A stretch of 64,000 nt of DNA from Octopus vulgaris (GCA_951406725.2 OX597823.1:2170001-2234000), one strand, 5' to 3'; numbered from the stretch's first letter, positions 13,510 to 27,982 are shown. Notes: generated from the letters alone by a model not told the origin. Translations and numbers: made by a program.

Positions 13510-14113
13510 TGTTGGTGGCGTGTTGTATGTGGAGTCGTTGGTTTTGGGGGGAACTATCAAGACATTGGATATATTGGTGGGGTCGGGGACGTTGGTTGCT
13601 ATGGAGATGGTATTGTTGTTGTTGATGGTGGAGGTGGAGGTGGTGGTGGTGGTGAAGGTTTGGTGTTTGTTGTTGCTGCTGTTGTTGGTAGTGGTAGTCG
13701 TGGTACTGATGTTGGTAATGATTGTGTTGATGTTGATGATGATGATGGTGGTGGTGGTGGTGGTGTGGAAAGAAGGAACTATTAATGAGCGTGGCGGCAG
13801 TGACGGTGTCAGCAGTAATAGTAGTAGTAGTAGTAGTATTGGCAGTGACTCGGTCGCCGACGCCGCAGCTACTACTGCTGATGTTGCTGCTGCTGCTGCT
13901 GCTGGTGGTGGTGGTGGTGGTGGTGTTGCGATCGGTTGCAGTGGTTATGACGATGATGCTGATTGTAGGATCCGTGGTGGTTGCCGTGGTGGCGGCTTTG
14001 GAAGTAAAAGCGGGGGTGGCTGGAGCGGGCGGTGGGTTCAGTGTCAGGGGTGAGAGCCAGTGTCCGAAGCGCTGCCGAGACCCTAACCACCGGTGATGCG
14101 AACGTCCTGGTCG
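13295..14113 (-). CDS. Stop-free in-frame extension upstream of the Brachyury ATG (273 codons; poly-T/S/H/Q/N); coding status uncertain
   Basis: Manual translation finds no stop from 13295 up to TGA at 14116-14114 and no in-frame ATG. In-frame CTG codons start at 14047 and 14041. Confidence 0.5.
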
Positions 14114-15002
14114 TCATTGGGTGAAAAGGACGAAGAACAAGTCAAAGAGAGGAGAGAGAGAAAGAGAGATGAGAGAGAGAGAGGGGGGAGAGAGAGAAAC
14201 TGTGAGGGACAGAGATGTCACAGATAATAACAGCAACCGACAAGACCAACAGGAAGTAGTAGTAGTAGTAGTAGTAGTATAAGAAGGTATTAGAAGCGGA
14301 GGGGCGGTAGCAGCAGCAGCAGCAGCAGAAGAAGAAGAAGAAGAAGAAGAAGAAGAAGAAGAAGAAGAAGAAGAAGAAGAAAATGACCGATGCTAAAGGA
14401 AACAATAATGAAGCTTTGAAAGTCTGGTGAAAGACGTCGATCAGTAAAAATTGAAGAATGCAAGAGGAATGGCTGGGGTGGGGGCGAGTAAGGGGTGGTC
14501 GACGGGTGGACGGGTGGACGGGTCGTATTATTCGAAACTTCGTTCTTGACAGGACGTGGAGGTTACGAACACTTTCTTCTTCATTGTCAAATCGAGGTGG
14601 TGGTGGTGGTGGTGGTGGTGGTGGTGGTGGTGGTGGTGGTGGTGGTAGTGGTGGTAGTGGTGGTGGTGATAGCAGCAGCAGCGAAGGCTACAACATCGTT
14701 GATGGGGAGGGTCCGGCGGTGGTGGCGACGATTGTGATGATGATGATGATGATGATGTACTTGTGGTGGTGGTGGTGGTGGTATGAAGGCTGTATTCTCA
14801 GCACTCGGGTGAACTGTCCTCTCTTGAAGAGTAAACCAAGGTAGCGTGAATTAGGTGTGGCGTGTCTGGGATAGACGTTTGGCTGGCTTGGTGACCACTG
14901 ACCGTCGTCAATGGTGCAAATCCGTTCGGTGGGGTTTGATACAGGGATTCCACTCACGCAGACACACAGACATACCGACATACTGACAGTTTCAGTCAGA
15001 GA

Positions 15003-15050
<48 letters not shown>

Positions 15051-15221
15051 GAAGTGAATAGGTAGGTTGCAAGTAGTATAACAGGATACGTAGAGAAACT
15101 GGATGGAAGACTAAATAGAGAGAGATAGAGAGAGAAAGAGAGAGAAAAGTAGAGATACAGGTGATACAGGTAGGTAGATAGACACACAGAGGCGCAGACA
15201 GACAGATAGACAGACAGACAA

Positions 15222-15260
<39 letters not shown>

Positions 15261-15333
15261 TAGGTAGAGATACAGGTAGGTATACAGACACACAGGCACA
15301 GACAGATAGTTAGACAGACAGACTGACAGACAA

Positions 15334-15430
<97 letters not shown>

Positions 15431-15551
15431 GATAATTAAGTCAAGGTGTGTGAAAGTTTGACCAGGAAAAGACAGTAAAACATTAAAAACTTTTTGTAAA
15501 GTCATCGTTAACAACCCCCAGTACAAATTCTGGGTGTGTATATATGTGTAC

Positions 15552-15582
<31 letters not shown>

Positions 15583-15606
15583 CATGCATAAAACTTATGT
15601 GTGTGA

Positions 15607-15644
<38 letters not shown>

Positions 15645-15789
15645 GTGTGTTTTTGATTTTCCATGTCTATGTGTGTGTGTATATATACAAGCGTGTTTAT
15701 ATGAGGGAGAAGCAAAATGGCTTGGGTGTATAATTTCATTCCAGGTGAGAAGGAGGGAGGATGAAACAGTAAAAGAACGAGAGAGGAGG

Positions 15790-15820
<31 letters not shown>

Positions 15821-16373
15821 AAACAGTGGGAGCGAAGGGGGGGTGTAGAAGTGAGAAAATAAATATACTTGAAATTAATATAAAGAAAGAAGATTAAATA
15901 AAGATGAGCAGGAGGAGGAGGGGGGAGGAGAAGGAGGAAGGAAGGAAGGAAGGAAGAGAGGTAGATGAGGGGGAGGCGGAGGAAAAGGCGGGGATTTTAT
16001 GCAGAACGAAGAAAAACAGGGGATAGGGAGAGAGCAAGAAGATTAAGCAAAAGATTTGAAGAAGAGGGAGAGAAAATAAAGAGGAGGCAATAAGGAGAAG
16101 AGAGAGAAAGAGAGTGTGTGTGTGTGTGTAATTGGAAAGATAAAGTTGAAAGGAAAAGAGGAGGCAATCCAGATCCGAGGAAATTGAGGGAGAGGAGGGG
16201 AGAGTCGGAGCTGCCAAAAGGGAGAGGGATTGGAGTCTGTTAGTCCCCCCCCCCATCGCCTTCTTTCTCTCTTCTGGGCGATCCTCCTTTACAATAATCA
16301 CGTGACCATCTGATTTTCGTATTTAGATTTAATTTACTATTGTTTCTTTTATCTCGTTTTATTATTTATTTGT

Positions 16374-16415
<42 letters not shown>

Positions 16416-16787
16416 CGCACGCCAGCAATTCGACCACAATGTGGTTTAATGTCCGTCCAATGAGATTCTGCCCAACGAGTCTGGGATGTCGACAACGAGA
16501 GTTGATAAGCCAAGACCAGTGGAGGGAGTGGGAGGAAGTGGGAGGCAGCTGGAAGGCTGAAAGACTCGTTGTTCATTGGTCCGTTTCCTCCTCGACGTCG
16601 CAGTCGCAGTCCATGTATCAGACATGATTATTCAATAACGGTCGTGGCCGACGGTGGTAGCGCCGACAGAATAGTACTAACATTCGCACTCTCACGGTCC
16701 TGTGTTCGATTCCCCTTTGTGACAGTTTGGGCATATATATATATATATATATTGCCCAATATATATATATTCCCCTGTGGCAGTTTG

Positions 16788-16825
<38 letters not shown>

Positions 16826-16860
16826 CAAACTGCCACAGGGGAATATATATATATAATGAT

Positions 16861-17277
16861 AGGCGTAGGAGTGACTGTGTGGTAAGTAGCTTGTTTACCA
16901 ACCACATGGTTCCGGGTTCAGTCCCACTGCGTGGCACCTTGGGGAAGTGTCTTCTACTATAGCCCCGGGCCGACCAAAGCCTTGTGAGTGGATTTGGTAG
17001 ACGGAAACTGAAAGAAGCCCGTCGTATATATGTATATATATATATATATGTATGTGTGTGTATGTGTTTGTGTGTCTGTGTTTGTCCCCCTAGCATTGCT
17101 TGACAACCGATGCTGGTGTGTTTATGTCCCCGTTACTTAGTGGTTCGGCAAAAGAGACCGATAAAATAAGTACTGGGCTTACAAAAGAATAAGTCCCGGG
17201 GTCGAGTTGCTCGATTAAAGGCGGTGCTCCAGCATGACCGCAGTCAAATGACTGAAACAAGTAAAAGAGTAAAAGAA
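16861..17277 (+). mobile_element. Full-length tRNA-derived SINE family A (CORE-like centre, LINE-derived tail)
   Basis: Pol III A-box-like (gtgactgtgtggt) and B-box-like (ggttcagtccc) head, CORE-like gcaccttgggNaagtgtctt, internal (TA)/(TG) tract, tail ggcggtgctccagcatgaccgcagtcaaatgactgaaac. More than 10 related copies in the window. Confidence 0.9.
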
Positions 17278-17279
17278 TA

Positions 17280-17341
<62 letters not shown>

Positions 17342-17356
17342 TAATAATAATAATAA

Positions 17357-17398
<42 letters not shown>

Positions 17399-17468
17399 TC
17401 TAGCAGTATATTGGATATATGTTATCCCATGGTGGGTTGAATTTTTCAACCCCTATCTCATTTTATAA

Positions 17469-17525
<57 letters not shown>

Positions 17526-17574
17526 GTACTTGTTTCAGTCATTTGACTGCGGCCATGCTGAAGCACCGCATTTT

Positions 17575-17730
17575 GAGTGGTGAAAGAGTACAGCAGGGAT
17601 CACCACCTCCTGCCGGAGCCTCGTGGAGCTTTTAGGTGTTTTTTTCGCTCAATAAACACACACAACGCCCGGTCTGGGAATCGAAACCGCGATCCTCCGA
17701 CCGCAAGTCCGCTGCCCTAACCACTAGGCC

Positions 17731-17731
<1 letters not shown>
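17575..17731 (-). mobile_element. SINE family B head
   Basis: Reverse complement matches 51208-51340 (tggcctagtggttagggcagcggac...ggtttcgattccc). Confidence 0.85.
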
Positions 17732-17762
<31 letters not shown>

Positions 17763-19714
17763 ATGTCGTGTGCATGTTTATTTGTGGTCATACCCATTGC
17801 TTTATACTGAGTCTGAGAAAGTTAAACCAAAATTTGTGCAATTTGAAGAGGAAAGATTTGTTGGGGAAGCTCAGTATTGGAGAGTCGGTGTATGAAGAAC
17901 CCTGAAGCGTTGATTTCTAAAGCTATGTGAGAAAACATTTTAACTCTTTTGTCTCTGTAAGAGATGAATTTCACTTTTTATTTATTTATTTACCTATGTA
18001 TTGAGTGGGGGAGATAGAACATCCCGGAGGCCCCTTTTCCTTCGATAAAATGAACACAGCTATAATGGATCCTGGATATGAATTTCACTATGAATGAAGG
18101 CTAAGAAACAAACCAAACGGAAGAGAAGGTTTTTAGTCGGGAGCAGGAACCAAAAGGAATCTCAGATTTTAGCGAATTCACAATAAATTAAGTAAGGATG
18201 GAGGAAACCGAAGGCTTTAATGGAGTTTCTGTGTTGGCTTTTAGCGACGGTTTTAAACATTTAAAACTTGTTCAGCAAAGAAAACAGAACAAAATAGAGG
18301 CAAACTTTATTTCACCTTCTCAATAATGAGAGAGAATGTACCAAATATTTCGGTGTAGGTTGATTGGCAAGGAATAGTAACAACTGTGGTTATTCATTCT
18401 TGTGGGTTGGGAGTCCTTTTTCCGGAAGTCGGAAAATGGGTAATTTGAAAACATGAAATTTTGGAGAAAACTATTTTGAAGGATTTTGGTTGTTTTTTTT
18501 CTAGCATATCGAATGGCACATTAAGGCTCTTTCATCTTCTGGTTAAACGGATATCCACGCATTCGTGGAAAGTATTACTGTTCCGATAGTCAAAGGATGG
18601 GGGAATTTATAAAACCTGAAACTGTGAAGAGATTATTTTTTTCAAGTTGAGTCTTGGGAGAGTCATTACTCCAAAAATGCTAAACTCATTGGTTTAATGA
18701 CTCTCCAAAGACAGAAGAAGGTTTCTTACGAAAAACGTGAATTCACATAAAAAATCTTGCAAACCAAATACAAAAGCGAATATATTTTCTCAGATTTCTT
18801 TTATTCGACGCTCGTGAAGAGACCCTGTTCAAACCTCCCTCATTTCATCTGCTGGTTCAACAAGCTTCGGTCCATGAACATGGAAATGAGAGGTCAAGTA
18901 TAAAACATCCGGAATGCTGGTATGAGGGTGAGGTGGGGGAGTACTGCGTAAGCTGGTGGTCGAGAGAGGTGGCAAATGTTAAACACTGAAATTTTGATAC
19001 AAAATAACAATTTGTTTTCTGATTTATTTTTAGAATTATAATGCATATATTTTTCCCGATAGATCTCCACGGGAAAAGGAAGGGTGAAAAAGTGGGGGAG
19101 GCATTGGGGTGTTATTTCATATTTTGACAGTTGCCTTTTTTGATTCCAATCAAAATCGCAATTTCTGTTGAAAACATAGGATTCGGAAGAAACATTTGAA
19201 AAAAGGTAAAACTAATACATACATACATACATACATACATACATACACACATACATACATACATACATACATACATACATACATACATACATACATACAT
19301 ACATACACACATACATACATACATACATACACACATACATACACACATACATACATACATACATACATACATACATACATACACACATACATACATACAT
19401 ACACACATACATACATACATACTTACACATACATACATACATACATACACACATACATACATACATACATACATACATACATACATACACATACATACAT
19501 ACATACATACATACATACATACATACATAACATACATACATACATACATACATACATACGTTCATGCATACATACATTAATATATACATTTATACATACA
19601 TATATACATGCATACATACATACATACATACATACATACGTTCATGCATACATACATACGTTCATGCATACATACATTAATATATACATTTATACATACA
19701 TATATACATGCATA

Positions 19715-20600
19715 ACATTCCTTGTCTGGTAACCTAGAATACATGCTAAAAGAAGTCTCACGACTCTACCGCAACGTATCATCAGATGAAAGGATGAGTC
19801 TATATGAACAGAAGATTATGCATGGATATGTTAGTAGAAAGCTCCGTGATAATAGTAACATCGATCATCAAAGCAGTTTATCATGGACGAATAACCGGAT
19901 TACTAACTCTCATTTTTGAAGGGTTTGCGTTTGCAATCCGGGAACAGAAAATATCAGCCAAGTACCTGATGCACAAAAGGAAAAGCCGTAAAATGTGACA
20001 ACCAATGCAGACTTTGTGGAGTTCACACTGAAGATATCACCCACATCATAAGAAAATGTCCGAAAATGTCATCACGGTATTATCTACCGATGAGACATGA
20101 TGTTGTAGCTAGGACACTCTATAATGAAATCTGTCGGAAGGATAATCCCGAGGACAAAAAAATAACAACCCACAATATGGTAGAAGCCATAGCCACTCAT
20201 AATAAAAAGGAATACTGGTGGAATGTCCCAGTGAAGACCTCGATAAATGTAAGCGCAACAGACCTGATATAACGATTTAGGATGGAAAGGAGAAACTGTG
20301 TACAGTTGTGGAAATTAGCTGCCCAATGGATGTTGATATAAAGCTGAAGATTAGTGAAAAAGAGGACACCTATGCTGAACTACTGAGAAGTCAGCAGTTA
20401 CTCTATCCAGATTACAAGTTCAGGTTTATACCTGTAATTATTGGAACCCTGTGATATGTAACACACTGCTTAAATACTAATCTTGAGAAATTAGGCTTCT
20501 CAAAACCAGAAAGGAGAAAACTGATTCGAAGACTACAGATCCAGTCCATTACTGAAACTGTAAAAATCTGTGAAACTTTCCAGAAGTTTATTATTTAAAT
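19715..20600 (+). mobile_element. 5'-truncated R4/Dong-clade non-LTR retrotransposon (zinc knuckle plus restriction-like endonuclease), decayed
   Basis: CRLCGVHTEDITHIIRKC (CCHC), RHDVVA, RPDI, VVEISCP, FIPVIIG. Flanked on both sides by (TACA)n. Confidence 0.85.
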
Positions 20601-20669
20601 ATATATATGAGCATGTCGAGATATGTAACGATATGCATGAGAATATATACTTAAAGCAAAGCATACAAA

Positions 20670-21640
20670 TTTGTACATACACATGAATACATACATACAT
20701 ACATGAATACATACATACATACACACATACATACATGCATACATACACATGAATACATACATACATACATACATACATACATTCATACATACATACATAC
20801 ATACATACATACATACATACATACATACACACATACATACATACATACATACATTCACATGAATACATACATACATACATGCATACATACATGCATACAT
20901 ACATACATACATACATACATACACACATACATACATACATACATACACATGAATACATACATACATACATACATACATACATACATACATACATACATAC
21001 ATACATACATACATACACACATACATACATACATACATACATACACACATACATACATACACACATACATACATACATACATACATACACATGAATACAT
21101 ACATACATACATATATACATACACACATACATACATACATACATACATACACATGAATACATACATACATACATACATTCATACATACATACATACATAC
21201 ACACATACATACATACATACATACATACACATGAATACATACATACATACATACATTCATACATACATACATACACACATACATACATACATACATACAT
21301 ACATACATACATACATACATACATACATACATACATACATACATACATACATACATACATACATACATACATACATACATACATACATACATACATACAT
21401 ACATACATACATACACACATACATACATACATACATACATACACATGAATACATACATACATACATACATACATACATACATACATACATACATACATAC
21501 ATACACATGAATACATACATACATACATACATACATACATACATACATACATACATACATACATACATACATTCATACATACATACATACATACATACAC
21601 ATGAATACATACATACATACATACATACATACATACATAC

Positions 21641-21671
<31 letters not shown>

Positions 21672-21900
21672 CATACATACATACATACATACATACATAC
21701 ATACATACATACATACATACATACATACATACATACATACATACACATACATACATACATACATACATACATACATACATACATACATACATACATACAT
21801 ACATACATACATGAATACATACATACATACATACATACATACATACATACATACATACATACATACATACATACATACATACATACATACACACACACAT
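20670..21900. repeat. About 1.2-kb (TACA)n microsatellite with periodic CATGAA interruptions
   Basis: Direct inspection. Confidence 0.95.
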
Positions 21901-22441
21901 TCATGATTGCTTTTATATCGTTACAGATGAAAACAACTTTAATTAAAGCTGAAGGATTGCTCAATTCTTTTTTGGGGAGTTTCAGGATTTTTCAAAACTT
22001 TTACAAGGAAATCGTTCACAGTGATTTCATAGTGTTATCTTGCTCACCTTTAATACACAATGTGTGTGTGGGAGGTGTATGTGCTTGTGTGTGTGCATAT
22101 GTATGCCTGTGTGTGTTCATGTGCGTGCGTGTGTTTGTGTGTGCGCGTGTAGCGACACCAACTGTTTGCTGCTGTTGAGGTCACCCATAAATTGAGCATT
22201 TTATTTTTTGCGGTAATATCTAAAAGAATTTGTTTGTATGAGTTACTCTTCCGCTTTTTAGCACATTTCGCCGTCACTCTTTTTAGACCCAACCAAATTC
22301 CTAAGGTAATATTTCAAAATACAGCAGCATGTTGGTCCTTTTCAATGAATCAATTGCATTCAATTTGGTCAATATGCAAATGCATATACACACGCACACA
22401 GGACTCTCTCTCTTTCTGTCGCAGACACATCACATACGCGT

Positions 22442-22473
<32 letters not shown>

Positions 22474-22831
22474 GCGCGCGCACTTACATGAGCACATAAG
22501 CAGTGATCCTGCTGTCAGGTGTCAAAATCACGTTGGTATCTGATCGAGAGCTGATGACTTCCTCGACTGAGTTAAAACTTTCCATTTTCAAGTAAATTTC
22601 TCTGCTGAATTTGTTTTACTTACCTGGGAGAATAGTATGTTCTTTACTTATCTGATCCCTTGATAAATCATGTTATAGCATTTAGATATAATTTTTTAAA
22701 AGAAATATACTCTTTTATAATCAATTATAGATTATAATTGATTGTAGTCAACAATAACAAGGCTGGAAAGCCGTTATACAGGAGATATGGCACACATATA
22801 CACACGTGTGTGTATATATATATATGTATAA

Positions 22832-22898
<67 letters not shown>

Positions 22899-23108
22899 TA
22901 TATGCGTGTATGTGTCTGTATGTGATTATATACATGCGCATATGCACGTGTGCGTATGTATAGTAGGGACCGTGATCAATCTCAAAGTAATTATATTGCA
23001 TAACACAGAGATACTATTCCAGAAACGTCGTCCAATATTGACAGTTGCACATGGGCTTCTGTTTGCACATATGTGTGTGCGTATTCTTGATCATAAGTGT
23101 ATAAAAAT

Positions 23109-23145
<37 letters not shown>

Positions 23146-23725
23146 CTAACAAACACTCCACTCACAAATATATCCCGCGACACTTATACACCGAAGGAAC
23201 AAATGATGTTTAATAGTTTGAACTTTCGAGATAAAACGTGAACAACACAATGGAAGAAAGTGGAGAGTGGAGCCAATATTAGCAGCAAGAAAAACCAGTA
23301 GAAAATGGATACAAAAAGAAAGAAGGAAAGAAAGAAAGAAAGAACAAGAGCAACAAAATTATATCGACGAATGAAATGAGAAAGAAAATGGCGGAAAAAA
23401 GTAAATTGGAAGAAAGAGAGGACAATGGGAATATAAAATGTACCTATGGAAGTATTGGATGGAGGGAGGTGAGAGGGAAGAAGAATAGGAGGAGGAGGAG
23501 GACGAGGAAAAGAAGGGGATGGGAGGAGAGGGAAGAGGTGAAAGGTATAGGAAGAAGAAGAAGAAGAAGAAGAAGAAGAAGAAGAAGAAGAAGAAGAAGA
23601 AGAAGAAGAAGATTGAGAAACGAGACGAAATTAATTTAATTAATGGTTGTCGGATTTTTGTGAAATCGTTTTTGGTTTGTGTGGAGACATATAACGAGAC
23701 GGTGTGAGGAGAAGGAGGAGAAAGA

Positions 23726-23766
<41 letters not shown>

Positions 23767-23840
23767 TGAAGGAGGGAAGAGAAAAAGAAAAGATGTGACG
23801 TAGACAGAGAGAGAGAGAGAAACAGAGAAAGCGTTATTGC

Positions 23841-23887
<47 letters not shown>

Positions 23888-24318
23888 GGGATGAAAGAAA
23901 GTAAGAAAGTGTGTGAGAAATCTTGACAAGAGGCAGAGTGTGAGAGAGAGAGAGTTTAGAGAAAGATTGTTTCGGGAATTCTCTTTAACGAATGAGTGAT
24001 AAGTTAAAGATTAGAAAGAGAAGGGCGTGAGGGCGAAGAATGAGGGAAAGTGAAGGGCAGAAGAGGTGGGAATAAAGGAGCTTCGAAATAGAGAAGCAAG
24101 TAGATTCGAAACAATCAACATTTCTTTAAAAACTAAATATGGGGGCGACATCACGGATTGGCAAAAATATGGCGTAATTACAGCCGAGGGGTTTGTTAGT
24201 CATCATACACACACATAGATACATACAGACATATGCACCACACATATACATTTATAAAAACACGCACATTTTATATACATATGTGTATATCTTTACATAT
24301 GTTGTATACAGACATATA

Positions 24319-25190
24319 CGGGTGGTATCAAAAGTTCCCAGGTTATTTATGCTTGATAAAAAAATAAACTTATGCACCTAAGTTTTAGCATCATCTTCGA
24401 AATAGTCGTCTCTACAGCGAGTCCCAGCTTTCCTGTCGCTTTGGCAATCCGACCTGGAAGTCGTTTTCTCTGAGTCGAGGGTTCTTTGCAATTCTTTCTT
24501 GATCTCGAGAACGGTGTTAAAACGGCCACCTTTGAGCTGCATTTCCATCTTGGGGAAGTGCTAAATATGGCGAGGAGGGCAGGTGCGGAAGCGATACCAT
24601 GTTGTTTTTGGCGGGAAACTCACGAGTGAGGAAAGCTCGGTGATAGGGTGCTCTGTCGTCGTGAAGGACTCAATTCTTTGTTCTCCACAGATCTGGTGGC
24701 TTTCACCAAGTGTCCTCCCTCAAACGTTTCAAAATGCCCCTCATTGTCCTCCGTCGATCCTCATGCACACACTGATGAATTTTCTCCCCAATTCCAACTC
24801 GTGGTAGGTCTCCCAGATCACTCATCGTCTTCCAGGGACGTTCTTCCGCTTTTCAAGCGCCCATGCCACTCGAAACATTATGTGCGACCCATTGCCTCTT
24901 CGCCGTAACTTTACCGAAGCATACTCAGCATGTGTGTTGCAGGCTTCCCGAGTTTCATGTCAAATTTCACGCTAGCTCTTTTTTCCAACTTCCAACAAAA
25001 ATCGCAGAGAACACCATACACGGGGGACCACAAAAACTCAAATTTCACGACTTGCAAAGTAAACACAGTGATGTAATTTGATACACTGCCTCATGAAGGT
25101 CACTGCCAGTTCTCACTGCGCACGCAACCGCGAGCTGCCATCTGCTGGTGCGCTACAGAACTAGTCCACGAACTTTGCGATACCATCTCG
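24319..25190 (-). mobile_element. Internally deleted mariner element
   Basis: TA-flanked imperfect TIRs (cgggtggtatcaaaagttc / gaactttgcgataccatctcg). Minus strand reads PDLWRTKN*VLHDDRAPYH, matching the mariner HHDNAPAH region. Confidence 0.75.
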
Positions 25191-25234
<44 letters not shown>

Positions 25235-25322
25235 TGCGTAAGTGTGTGTAGGTCTGTTTGTGTGTGAGTATATGCGTGTGTATATATATGTATATGTGTA
25301 TATATATATATGTGTGTGTATG

Positions 25323-25373
<51 letters not shown>

Positions 25374-25430
25374 ATATATGTATTTGTATGCATGTATGTA
25401 TGTATGTGCGTTAGCCTATGAAAGATAGAT

Positions 25431-25467
<37 letters not shown>

Positions 25468-25594
25468 TATAGACAGGCAGACAGGGAGAGAGGGAGAGAG
25501 AGAGAGAAGGAAAGGGAGAGAGGGAGAGTCATTCAAATATATATGGAGAGACTGATATAAGCGTTTTGATTTGAGAGAAAGGCTAAGAAAATTG

Positions 25595-25646
<52 letters not shown>

Positions 25647-25959
25647 GATGTGGTTCAATGAAAGGAGGGGGGCTGGAGAAGAAGATAGACGAAGCATGGA
25701 AGAGATAAACAGGGGGGTGGACGGTAGGACAAAGTAGGGGACAGAGAATGAGAGAGAGAGAGGGGCAAGTGAGCAAGGGCGTGTTGGAAACACTGAGTGT
25801 ATAAGAAACAGCTGGTCCGAGCGATTCTATTTAAATAAACCTCATTGGTTGATAACGACTATTAAAATCTAGTGATAGCCAGAGAGGAAAAGAACAAAAA
25901 AAAGACAAACCAGATATTTGAGAAGCCGAGTCGGTAATTAAATTAGATGAATACCTATT

Positions 25960-25997
<38 letters not shown>

Positions 25998-26096
25998 GAT
26001 TTGGGGTTGGGTGGCCAGCGTTGGTATCGTTTATCTGGAGGAAACATTTGAGTGTTGAGAGGGCAAACATTATCGAAGGAAGACTGCAACGCGTAA

Positions 26097-26138
<42 letters not shown>

Positions 26139-27982
26139 GTGCGTGTGTGTGTGTTGGAGGGGTGGGTTAACAATGGAAGCAATAAAATGGCAGCCAACAG
26201 CCAAAGTCAACAACATTTATAGTCTGCCAAAAAACACAGCGGCAATACAATATAAAGCAATTGTTACGAGATTCTTGCTTTTATTGTTTTTGTTTTTGTT
26301 GTTGTTGTTGCTGTTGTTGCTGGAATTTTAAGATTATGCGCGCACGAGTCTGTGTGTGTATGTGTGCATATGTGTATGTGTGTGATACATACAGGCACAC
26401 GTTCCATATAACCATAACTTCTCAGTATTTGTTTTACAACACACACACGCACACACACGCACGCACACACGCACGCACGCACGCACAAATACACATATAC
26501 GAAATGTTTAGAGTCCGATATTGATAATACATCGTTATGCTCATGCCAAAGAATCATGAGATCACAACCTCAGCCTGTTCCTAAAATATCTGGGATCCAT
26601 ATGGTTTATTACTATGTAGCTTCTCTTATTATATCCTTATGGTTTTAAAATGTTGTAAGGTGCATAATTCCTCAGTTTAAGGTTGAATTATTTACAAATA
26701 TAGGTGAAAATAATGAAATCATAAAATAAATACAGAGGAGATTAAAAACAAAATGGAAATGAGAACAGAAAGTTATGGAGTTGAGAGATTCCATTGAATA
26801 TATTGTTATAAAGTATGATAAGGACAATGGTGTTTACTGAAACGGAGAAGGAAGATAATGAATGCACGAATCCAGTTGGACGATACTTAAGAAGTGGTTC
26901 AATCAGATGGTGTTAAAAGACCTCCAATGCTTCAGAAAGTATCTATCGAATTGGTAACAATTAGCAATTGGTGGAGAGATATATAGGACTAAAATTGCTA
27001 ATGATGTAGGGGAAATTTATTTCCCATGAATTTCTACGTAACGACTGAAATCCACCTAAAAATGTCCAATTCCTTTCTTGGTACTCTGTACTTTTTATTC
27101 TTACCAATCGATGTTATATATTCTTTCATTTATTAACATCCGAGGTTATTAGTCGTGAGCATATACTATTCCATGTATTTAATATCGATCGACTTTATCG
27201 TATAACAGCTAATATCATACAATTTACCTCCGTAGACAAAGACTCGATCAGTTATTGCTGCCTCACTCAAGTGAAGCGGTGAGACTCAAGGGCGAAACGC
27301 CTGTCACCCTGAAATACTTCCTGACGATACGAAAGAGTCTGCAGCATTGCAATGGATTTAGAAGGGCTCGCAAAAACTCTGAGTAGCTCCTGCTGTTCGT
27401 GCGTGCAGCAAAGCCTCTCTCGTGTTTATTTCCCTTATTTATACGACTCACTGTTCATGGAATATTTCCTCATATTTTCCTCAATAATATAACATTTCCC
27501 ATGTTAACATAATATCGACCGAATGTATCATAGCTGCTACATCATACCATTTTCCCCCGACAAAACACATTTGCCCAATCAATTCTGTTCAGGGAAACTT
27601 CTCACCGTATTTTTTCTATTCTCCACATCTCACTGATTTTAAAAACCGCAGTAATTCTGTTTCTATGTTCACTTATGCAGAACAAAGCAAGACACAGAAC
27701 GCTTTCAGAATCGATTCAAAACCCAATAACAAATTCAAATATTCTTCTGAAGACTCTCCTGGACACATTTCGGTATTTTATTTATTTTTATTTAATTTAA
27801 CTTTTTTTTCTGTTCCTTAAAATGAAGGATTTTTGCCATTTTTTTTTTTCACTAGGAATATTCTATATACTGGATACGCTTGCTCTAATCTTCCTTATCG
27901 TGTGGAGTTCGGACGTATGAAAAACGGCTCATATCCGTGTAAGAGTGAGTATATTGCTCGAAATATACATATATATTTATGT

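Noticed and set aside
13520-14053. Plus-strand 177-aa ORF
   Set aside because: Antisense shadow of the triplet repeats upstream of Brachyury.
17900-19200. Unique-looking AT-rich block, perhaps a fossil transposase (also 26560-27700)
   Set aside because: No motif convincing enough to assign.
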